NCBI GenBank assembly: GCA_016839945.1
Contig: JAEOTE010000058.1
Location: forward strand, 1 to 17,104
DNA: 17,104 nt
Direction of reading: 5' to 3'
Origin: Candidatus Heimdallarchaeota archaeon
GTDB taxonomy: Archaea; Asgardarchaeota; Heimdallarchaeia; Heimdallarchaeales; Heimdallarchaeaceae
Shown here: positions 1-7,025 of the stretch, one piece after another
Layout: each line of letters starts with the position of its first letter
Position numbering within the stretch: the stretch's first letter is position 1
Notes under the pieces: generated by a model
The model's database searches: none
What the model was told of the DNA's origin: nothing
What the model saw: only the letters and a program-made list of their open reading frames with translations
Made by a program: the position numbers and the translations under genes

Positions 1-1
1 C

Positions 2-313
2 TCTTGATAGTTTTATAGCTAGAACACCTAGAAATTGAAAAACTCCTGCTTCATCTGATATTTGTACTATAAACATCAAACTAACAATCAAAATTAAAGA
101 GTGTAGATTGACAAAACCATCATCTGGGGTTCCAAATAACAATTCTACCATTACAGAGAAATCCTTATTTTCTATGAAAACCAAAACAAAGTAAGAAATC
201 ACGGCTGCTGTTAAAGAGGCTATAGCTCTGTTCAATTTATTTGAAAATATCAGAATTACTACAATAAGGAAGCATAGAATAATTATTATTTTACTTGCTA
301 GAATCTTTGACAC
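2..313 (-). CDS. ArsB/NhaD/P-protein (ion transporter superfamily) permease, N-terminal part; runs off the left edge
   Basis: Not in the ORF track. Manual translation from GTG at 313: MSKILASKIIIILCFLIVVILIFSNKLNRAIASLTAAVISYFVLVF...LHSLILIVSLMFIVQISDEAGVFQFLGVLAIKLSR. It has three hydrophobic helices and the 'NRAIASL' and 'EAGVFQFL..AIKLS' segments typical of this family. Start codon uncertain. Confidence 0.8.
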   Translation of the reverse strand, partial: MSKILASKIIIILCFLIVVILIFSNKLNRAIASLTAAVISYFVLVFIENKDFSVMVELLFGTPDDGFVNLHSLILIVSLMFIVQISDEAGVFQFLGVLAIKLSR

Positions 314-549
314 CTCACTGTAGTTCGATAATTGTATTGGATTCCTTAAATGAATTAGCTTTTAAAAAAGTTAGGGATTAATTAATTCTAAAATATGTCG
401 GAATAACGATAATATGAAAATAGAGATTGGAATGAAATAAGAAGCTGGATAAAAAAAGTTAGAGAGGTTTTTTTTCATTAGCTGATAATATCTCCTTACA
501 AACAGAATTATAAATTAAAAGCTTAAACTATTAATTGTGATTCAAGTTT

Positions 550-1605
550 ATGTTTGAAGTTGAGCAAAAAACAATTAATTGGTTATTAAAAAACAATAAT
601 CAACCTGTGAAATACTTAACTCAAATAAAGATATTAGATATCGATGAACAAGATAAGACTGTTTTATCTTCTAAGAATCAAATCATGAATTATCAACCAA
701 TTAAAGAAATTCTGGAAAACCAAATAGATAATAGATACTGGTTTGATGCAAAAAAAGATCAGAATTACAAGAAATATTTAGGAACTTTTTGGCAGTTAAT
801 CTTTCTCTATGAGTTAAATGCTTTAAGCAATATACAAATCGAAAATGCAATTGAGCATATTTTTTCTACTGGTCAAGCTCCAAATGGTGGATTTTCTGTA
901 ACTGGCACAAATAGTGGAGTAATAACTTGTCTTACATCAAATATTCTTCGAGCATTAATCCATTTTAACTATCTAAATGATGATAGAACTCAAGCAGCAT
1001 TGGAACATTTAATGTCTGATTATGTTGACAAAGAAGGATATATCCGTTGTAGAATGTATGGTCTGGCAAGTAGTTGTTATATGACTATACCAAAGATTCT
1101 CCACGCTTTAACTGCTATCCCCTCGAAAGAACGTACTCCACGCGTAAAGAAGGGAATTGATTTGTGTGTGAAACTACTTTTAGAAAATCAAATTTACAAG
1201 TATGTTCCAGAAAAGAATAGAGAATGGTTGAAATATGCAAATGAGAAAAAATTGAAAGGCAGTCAATTTTTTGAAGAGAGAAAAGAATTCCTTGAAAAAA
1301 ATCTTTCAATGAAGAAAGTAGAAAAAGCTGGTTGGATGAAATTTGGTTTTCCACTTAATTATAATTCAGATGTGCTAGATGTTATGAGATCTTTAGTTTC
1401 TGCTGATGTAAAATACTCCTCTGAGATGGATTCAGCTTTAGAATTAATAAAAAACAAGCATAGAAAGGGAAAGTGGATTAATGAGAAACAGTATAAATCA
1501 CCAATGTACACACAAATAGAACTTTATAAAGAAAAAAGTAAATGGATTACATTACATGCTTTAACAGTTCTGAAGCATTTTAAAGGATTAAAAATTATTT
1601 CATAA
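550..1605 (+). CDS. Uncharacterised alpha-helical barrel protein, terpene cyclase/prenyltransferase-like fold family
   Basis: 351-aa ORF with YKKYLGTFWQL, QAPNGGF, CLTSNILRAL, FGFPLNYNSDVLD and SKWITLHAL, matching a conserved family with prenyltransferase/squalene-cyclase-like repeats. No DXDD catalytic motif. Confidence 0.65.
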   Translation: MFEVEQKTINWLLKNNNQPVKYLTQIKILDIDEQDKTVLSSKNQIMNYQPIKEILENQIDNRYWFDAKKDQNYKKYLGTFWQLIFLYELNALSNIQIENAIEHIFSTGQAPNGGFSVTGTNSGVITCLTSNILRALIHFNYLNDDRTQAALEHLMSDYVDKEGYIRCRMYGLASSCYMTIPKILHALTAIPSKERTPRVKKGIDLCVKLLLENQIYKYVPEKNREWLKYANEKKLKGSQFFEERKEFLEKNLSMKKVEKAGWMKFGFPLNYNSDVLDVMRSLVSADVKYSSEMDSALELIKNKHRKGKWINEKQYKSPMYTQIELYKEKSKWITLHALTVLKHFKGLKIIS

Positions 1606-2004
1606 AATATATTGGCATTTTAAAATATTATTTTCAATTAATCAAAGAAAAAATATCATCTTTTAAGCTTTGCTTTATAGTAATTACTGTTGAAAACAAC
1701 ATATTATCTGTACTTTATATTAATTAATTATAGATTCTTCACATTATTATTTAATACTATTTATAAGTATTTGTTAAGATATATACTATTAAAAGAATAA
1801 CTATTTAAAGATACGAATAATTATATAATTGACTGGCTATAATACTAATGTACAGGGAATATCTCTATTGAAAAAATACTTCTTTTGGGATATTTATATA
1901 TTAAAATCAATCTCTTTAGTTAGAAAAGTTTTAACTACAGAAGATAAAGAATGCTTCTTACTTAACCACTAATTCAATTCAGAGACAATTACCAAGTGAA
2001 AACA

Positions 2005-2139
2005 ATGTATAAGGATACAATATGCACTGAAAATCATCATTACATAGAATTAGTGTATAGATTCGGTTTTTTTACGAGAACAGCTGTTTGTATTCTAAAA
2101 TCACCCCTCTTGCTTAAACCAAAGTGGGTGATTAGATGA
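2005..2139 (+). CDS. Putative 44-aa upstream ORF overlapping the opine dehydrogenase start (ATGA)
   Basis: ATG at 2005 (in-frame GTG at 1996) is open for 44 codons: MYKDTICTENHHYIELVYRFGFFTRTAVCILKSPLLLKPKWVIR. Its TGA (2137-2139) overlaps the ATG at 2136. No clear SD and no recognisable homology. Confidence 0.35.
   Translation: MYKDTICTENHHYIELVYRFGFFTRTAVCILKSPLLLKPKWVIR
2099..2133 (+). promoter_or_regulatory. RNA hairpin sequestering the Shine-Dalgarno sequence of the opine dehydrogenase gene
   Basis: AATCACCC (2099-2106) is the exact reverse complement of GGGTGATT (2126-2133), and TTG/CAA extends the pairing inward. The 3' arm carries the archaeal SD-like GGGTGAT just before ATG 2136. 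Confidence 0.55.
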
Positions 2140-3260
2140 ATATTGCTGTGATAGGAGCTGGATGTGGAGGTCAAGCTATTGCAGGTTATCTAGCAGCTAA
2201 AGGAAATGAGGTTAATCTTTACAATAGATCCATAGATAGAATTCGTCTACTTCTGAAAAAAAAGGAAATTGAATTAAAAGGTGAAATACAAACAAAAGGA
2301 AAATTAAATCTAGTTACAACAAATATTTCAAAAGCTGTGAGAGGGACAGAATTGATTATGGTAGTTACTACAGCTAATGGACATTATGATATTGCGTCTG
2401 CATTAGCTCCACACCTTCAAGACGGACAAATAATTGTTCTAAACCCTGGAAGAACTTTTGGTAGTTTAGAATTTATGAACACACTTTTAGAAAAAGGTTT
2501 AGATGCAGATGTCACTATAGCAGAAGCTAATACTTTAATCTATGCTACAAGGATTATAAAACCTGGTTTAAGTGATGTTAAAGGAATTAAGAATTCTGTT
2601 TCTGTATCAGTTATTCCTAATCATCGCACTTCTTATGTAGTTTCTATATTGAATGAAAATTATCCACAATTTTATGGGACAAAGAGCTTTTTATCAACAA
2701 GTTTAGGAAATATTGGAGCAGTATTCCATCCTACTATAACTCTGTTAAACAGAGAGAAAATAATTAGGAAAGAAACATTTGATTTCTACAGAGACGGAGC
2801 TACAAGAGAAGTAGTTGATTATATGAAACAAGTTGACAATGAAAGACGAACTCTCGCTAGAAAGTTTGGAGTAAATGTTCAATCAATAAGAGAATGGTTG
2901 TGTGAAAGATATAGTCTTCCAGACTCAAATCTTTTTGATGCTTTACATAACAATCCTTTTTATGCAGGATTAGCAGCTCCTACAACTTTCGATATGAGAT
3001 ATTTAACAGAAGACATTCCTACAGGTCTTGTACCCTTTTCTGAGCTTGGTAAATCAGTAAGGATTGATACAAATTGTATTGATGATTTGATAAGTAAAGC
3101 TTCAATGGAACTGAAGGTTGACTTTAGAAGTCAAGGAAGAAATTTAAAAAGGTTAGGACTTGATGCTAGCACAATTTTTGAAGATTTAAGAAGAGTGTCT
3201 GAACTTGAAACACTAACAGAATATAAAGCTGCAGTTGGAGCTTCCGTTGGAGGAGATTAA
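2136..3260 (+). CDS. NAD(P)-dependent octopine/nopaline (opine) dehydrogenase family protein
   Basis: Rossmann motif IAVIGAGCGG followed by YNRS. Family motifs LNPGRTFG, AEANTLIYATR, GAVFHP (catalytic His), DNERR and RYLTEDIPTGLVP (catalytic Asp). Confidence 0.92.
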   Translation: MNIAVIGAGCGGQAIAGYLAAKGNEVNLYNRSIDRIRLLLKKKEIELKGEIQTKGKLNLVTTNISKAVRGTELIMVVTTANGHYDIASALAPHLQDGQIIVLNPGRTFGSLEFMNTLLEKGLDADVTIAEANTLIYATRIIKPGLSDVKGIKNSVSVSVIPNHRTSYVVSILNENYPQFYGTKSFLSTSLGNIGAVFHPTITLLNREKIIRKETFDFYRDGATREVVDYMKQVDNERRTLARKFGVNVQSIREWLCERYSLPDSNLFDALHNNPFYAGLAAPTTFDMRYLTEDIPTGLVPFSELGKSVRIDTNCIDDLISKASMELKVDFRSQGRNLKRLGLDASTIFEDLRRVSELETLTEYKAAVGASVGGD

Positions 3261-4784
3261 ATGAAAAAAATACTTGGAGCTTGTGTTGGAGATTGCGTTC
3301 ATATTGCAGGAATTCATAGATTTTTACAATTAGCAGAAAAACAAGGATATGAAACAATTTTCTTGGGACCTGCTGTAGAAACTGAACAACTCATTAATGC
3401 AATTAGAGAACATAATCCTGACATAGTAGGTTTGAGTTATAGATTGACTCCAAAAGCAGGAATTAAAATTCTAAAGCAATTGAAAAGAAGAATTATTGAA
3501 GAAGGATTAAATGAAAGAGAATTTATTCTAGGAGGTTTACCTGAACTTGTTCAAAGCGAAAAACAAGATGGTTTTTTTAGTGTTTATTTTAAAGGAGATG
3601 ATGCAGAACAAGCAATAGCTTATCTTAAAGGTGGGATTGTTGAAGCTAAAGATAGGATACCTACTCAAAATATCATAGATAGGATAGAATCTAAAAGTCC
3701 TTATCCTGTTTTAAGGCATCATTTTGGATTATCTTCATTAGAAGAGACAGTTGGGGGAATTAAGAAAATTGCTGAAAGTAGATGTCTGGATGTAATCTCT
3801 TTAGGTACTGATCAAAATACACAAGCACATTTTTTCCATCCTGAAAGAATGAGTATTGGTGAAGGTGCTGGAGGAGTTCCTGTAAGATCAAAAGAAGATT
3901 TTGAATTGCTATTTCAAGCTTCAAGAAGAGGAAATTATCCTTTGATGAGAACCTATGCTGGAACCGATGATCTGATCAAATTAGCTCAGCTTTATGTTAA
4001 CACAATAAATAACGCTTGGGCTGCAATACCTGTTTTTTGGTACAATCAAATGGATGGAAGAGGTCCAATGGATTTAGAAACTTCAATACAAGCTCATCTT
4101 GATGCAATAAAATGGCATGCGAAAAGAGATATTCCTGTTGAAATTCTTGAATCACATCAATGGTCAATGAGAGATGCTAAGGATGAGATAGCAATCGCTG
4201 CAGGATTTTTAGGAGCATACATATGTAAAGAATTGGGAGTTAGAACATTTATTTCACAATATATGTTTAATACACCTCCTCAAACAAATCAAAGAGATGA
4301 CTTAGCAAAAATGCTTGCTCAAAAAGAAATGATTGAATCGCTGCAGGATGATAATTTTGTAGTTTTTACTCAAACAAGAACAGGTTTGTTTAGTTATCCT
4401 ATCGATTTAGACATGGCAAAAGGGCAACTTGCTCAATCAGTTATGCTACAAATGCAACTCAAACCACATATTGTTCATGTTGTTAGTTATAGTGAAGCAA
4501 ATCATGCAGCTACACCAGGGAATGTTATTGAGAGTTGTAAAATCGCCAAACAAGTAATTACGAAATGTCTAGAAGGTCAACCTTCAATGATCTGGGATCC
4601 TTATGTTCTAGAGAGAAAACAAGAACTAATTGAAAAAGCAAATTTCATTATTAATGCAATAAAATCAAAAGGATCATTATTGGATGCTAATGTTCTATAT
4701 CAAAGTGTAGAAAGCGGATTATTGCATGCTCCTCAGCTTGATTCTTATAGAAGCAAAAAAATAGGAGAAATCTATTTGCATTAG
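3261..4784 (+). CDS. Cobalamin-binding protein: N-terminal B12 domain fused to a glutamate mutase E-like TIM barrel (putative AdoCbl-dependent mutase)
   Basis: The N-terminal ~120 aa has GDCVHIAG (His-ligand motif variant), FLGP, VGLS and ILGG. The remainder is co-linear with GlmE as recalled (DVISLGTDQNTQ, GGVP, AGTDDL, KELGV, SYPIDLDMAKG, VVSYSEANHAAT, CLEGQ, SVESGLLHAP). Strong SD GGAGGAG lies in the end of the upstream gene, with a zero-base gap. Confidence 0.8.
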   Translation: MKKILGACVGDCVHIAGIHRFLQLAEKQGYETIFLGPAVETEQLINAIREHNPDIVGLSYRLTPKAGIKILKQLKRRIIEEGLNEREFILGGLPELVQSEKQDGFFSVYFKGDDAEQAIAYLKGGIVEAKDRIPTQNIIDRIESKSPYPVLRHHFGLSSLEETVGGIKKIAESRCLDVISLGTDQNTQAHFFHPERMSIGEGAGGVPVRSKEDFELLFQASRRGNYPLMRTYAGTDDLIKLAQLYVNTINNAWAAIPVFWYNQMDGRGPMDLETSIQAHLDAIKWHAKRDIPVEILESHQWSMRDAKDEIAIAAGFLGAYICKELGVRTFISQYMFNTPPQTNQRDDLAKMLAQKEMIESLQDDNFVVFTQTRTGLFSYPIDLDMAKGQLAQSVMLQMQLKPHIVHVVSYSEANHAATPGNVIESCKIAKQVITKCLEGQPSMIWDPYVLERKQELIEKANFIINAIKSKGSLLDANVLYQSVESGLLHAPQLDSYRSKKIGEIYLH

Positions 4785-4785
4785 T

Positions 4786-5433
4786 CTACTTTTTTCTACG
4801 ATATGCACAATTTATCATATCACAAGTTTCACAATCTCTTACACCTAAATCCCTGTCTACTTCTGTTCCAATGTTGAATGCAAATGAAACTGATTTTACA
4901 GGTTTCATCATCATCGACACGCTTAATGTAACATCAATAAATTCTGTTGGTAATGAATTAAAAATTAATTGTTGCCCTTCCTCTAAAACCCATTGACAAT
5001 AACCTGGACTAAATCTGCAAGTCACTTCTTTGTCTTTTATTTGTTTCTTGATTTCTTCCAATATGATTTGATTAAACTGCTCTGCTGTTTCTTCTGCTGC
5101 ATGAGATGCTATAGCATCTAGAATGACGCCTTTAGCTAATTCCCCCTCATCCATAATGCTCGATATTTTATCCTCTAACTCCTTTCCAATTGTACATACA
5201 GCAATAACAGTTTTTTCTGATTTTCTAAAAAGAAATTGAGGTTGCAGCTCTTTACTATCAAATAAATCATAAACTCCCATAGGTTGTATGAGTTCCAATG
5301 CTTTCTCTTTCATATGATTGATATCATCAACCATCTTTTGTGTTGGTTTCTTGTTCATAGATTTCTTACTTTGTAAAAACCTGATAATTTCCTCGTTATC
5401 AAGTGTAATTGCAATATTTTCAAGGATCCTCAT
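4786..5433 (-). CDS. Stand-alone B12-dependent methionine synthase reactivation (SAM-binding activation) domain protein
   Basis: AVCTIG, LDAIAS, RFSPGY and MMKPVKSVS motifs, plus C-terminal CETCDMINC. SD AAGGAG upstream of the ATG. Confidence 0.9.
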   Translation of the reverse strand: MRILENIAITLDNEEIIRFLQSKKSMNKKPTQKMVDDINHMKEKALELIQPMGVYDLFDSKELQPQFLFRKSEKTVIAVCTIGKELEDKISSIMDEGELAKGVILDAIASHAAEETAEQFNQIILEEIKKQIKDKEVTCRFSPGYCQWVLEEGQQLIFNSLPTEFIDVTLSVSMMMKPVKSVSFAFNIGTEVDRDLGVRDCETCDMINCAYRRKK

Positions 5434-5437
5434 CAGG

Positions 5438-6322
5438 CTACTCCTTAATTTGTTGATTTATTTTTTCAATAAACTCTGGTCTTGTTCCACAACATCCACC
5501 AACAATTCTCGCCCCATTTTTTACCATTTGTTTAATATCCTTAGCAAAGCCTTCTGGTGTAGCTTGGTAGACTGTTTTTCCCTTGATTAATTCAGGTTTT
5601 CCAGCATTTGGTTTTGCTATTATAGGCAAACTAGTATGTTGTTTAATTTCAGATATCAAATCAACCATTTCTTCACTACTAATGGTACAATTAGCACCTA
5701 TTGCATCTACTCCTAAATCTTGAAGCGAGATGGTACATTCTTCTACTGAATTTCCCATAATAGTAAAATATCCTCTCTTTGTTTTTTGATAGGAAATAGA
5801 TGCGAATATTGGAACTTTGGAAACTTCTTTTACAGCTTTTACTGCAGCTTCAGCTTCTTTGAGATCAACCATTGTTTCAATAAAAAATAAGTCTACTCCT
5901 GCTTTAGTCAAAATCTCTGCTTGCTCAAGAAAGTTTTCTTCAAAACCTTCAATTGTTCCATCTCCCACTGGTGGAAGAAAGACTCCAGATGGACCTATAT
6001 CTCCAGCAATATAACATTTTTCTGGACAAACTTGTCTAGCTATTTCTACAGCTTTTCTGTTATAATCCTCAATACTGCTGCCATGTTTATGTGCCATTAA
6101 TTTTAATCCGGATCCACCAAACGTATTAGTAAGAACAACATCTGAGCCTGCATCAAAATATCCTTTGTGAACATTTTGAACCTTTTCAGAATTAGATACA
6201 TTCCACATTTCAGGAGGAGTTCCTGGTGGTAAACCTTGATCCATCAATAAAGAACCCATTGCTCCATCTAGAAGAACTACTCGTTCTTCAATCAAATCAA
6301 GAATGGTTCTCTTATTTTGCAG
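5438..6322 (-). CDS. Homocysteine S-methyltransferase domain protein (Hcy-binding module of a split MetH)
   Basis: LLDGAMG, AGSDVVLTNTFG, AGDIGPSG, IETM and Zn ligands GANC and GGCCGT. Start extended from the track's TTG (6295) to an in-frame CTG at 6322, which sits 6 nt after SD AAGGAGGT. Confidence 0.92.
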   Translation of the reverse strand: MQNKRTILDLIEERVVLLDGAMGSLLMDQGLPPGTPPEMWNVSNSEKVQNVHKGYFDAGSDVVLTNTFGGSGLKLMAHKHGSSIEDYNRKAVEIARQVCPEKCYIAGDIGPSGVFLPPVGDGTIEGFEENFLEQAEILTKAGVDLFFIETMVDLKEAEAAVKAVKEVSKVPIFASISYQKTKRGYFTIMGNSVEECTISLQDLGVDAIGANCTISSEEMVDLISEIKQHTSLPIIAKPNAGKPELIKGKTVYQATPEGFAKDIKQMVKNGARIVGGCCGTRPEFIEKINQQIKE

Positions 6323-6334
6323 AAAGAAACCTCC

Positions 6335-6970
6335 TTACAATCCTAATAGATTTCTTGCTAATTTAACAGCACTAATGGCATTTTCTGCAGTTCCATCAGC
6401 TCCAATCTCCTCAGTCCATTTCTTTGAAACAGGAGCACCACCAATTAGAACTTTAAACTTATCACGGATGTTCTTTTCTTCTAGAGTATCTATTAACCTC
6501 TTTTGACCAACCATTGTTGTAGTAAGAAGTGCAGAGATACAAATAATGTCTGCATTGACTTCTAAAGCTTTATCGATAAAAGTGGATATAGGAACATCTG
6601 CACCAAGATCATGAACATCAAATCCTTCAGCTGAAAGCATTGAAGCTACGAGAGTTTTACCAATATCATGGATATCTCCTTCAATGGTTCCTATTACAAT
6701 TCTACCTAGTGATCTGTCTTCCTTACCTTCAGAAATAATGGGATCGAAAATCGTCATGGCAGCTTTCATAGCTTCAGCACTTCTCATAAGTTCTGGCAAG
6801 AAGAATTCTCCTTCTTCGAAAAGATCTCCTGCTTCTCTGATAGCTAAAGAAAAAGCATCTATTGCAGCATTGATGTCAAGATTATCGGTAACAGCTTTTT
6901 GAGCAAGATTTTTAGATAAATCTATGTCTCCTGCTAAAATTGCGTCTTTACATTTTTCTGGGAAACTCAT
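6335..6970 (-). CDS. Methyltransferase cognate corrinoid protein (MttC/MtbC-like; cap + B12-binding domains)
   Basis: GEFFLPELM cap motif, canonical EGDIHDIGK (DxHxxG), DLGADVP, SALLTTTM, IGGAP and IGADG. Confidence 0.95.
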   Translation of the reverse strand: MSFPEKCKDAILAGDIDLSKNLAQKAVTDNLDINAAIDAFSLAIREAGDLFEEGEFFLPELMRSAEAMKAAMTIFDPIISEGKEDRSLGRIVIGTIEGDIHDIGKTLVASMLSAEGFDVHDLGADVPISTFIDKALEVNADIICISALLTTTMVGQKRLIDTLEEKNIRDKFKVLIGGAPVSKKWTEEIGADGTAENAISAVKLARNLLGL

Positions 6971-7025
6971 TGTGTGTCAAATTATCTCAGATTATGAGGA
7001 TAAAAAAGTTTGCTCTTAAAAATGA

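Noticed and set aside
550-1605. Squalene-hopene or oxidosqualene cyclase
   Set aside because: About half the expected length, with no DXDD/DCTAE motif.
1840-2135. Canonical cobalamin riboswitch upstream of the B12-related operon (AGGGAAT at 1854-1860)
   Set aside because: No CCGGTG continuation, no GCCACTG/GGGAAG elements or B12 box, and the region is too AT-rich to form the aptamer.
3261-4784. Calling this protein methionine synthase or a B12-radical SAM enzyme
   Set aside because: No CxxxCxxC motif, no cap domain and no Hcy or pterin motifs; the barrel resembles GlmE.
4782-5440. Pyrrolysine read-through at TAG stops near the corrinoid genes
   Set aside because: Each TAG falls at the natural end of a complete domain, and no pyl or methylamine methyltransferase gene is in the window.
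6983-7002. Imperfect inverted repeat (CTCA-N5-TGAG core) upstream of the corrinoid gene
   Set aside because: Short, imperfect and single-copy, so it cannot be distinguished from chance.
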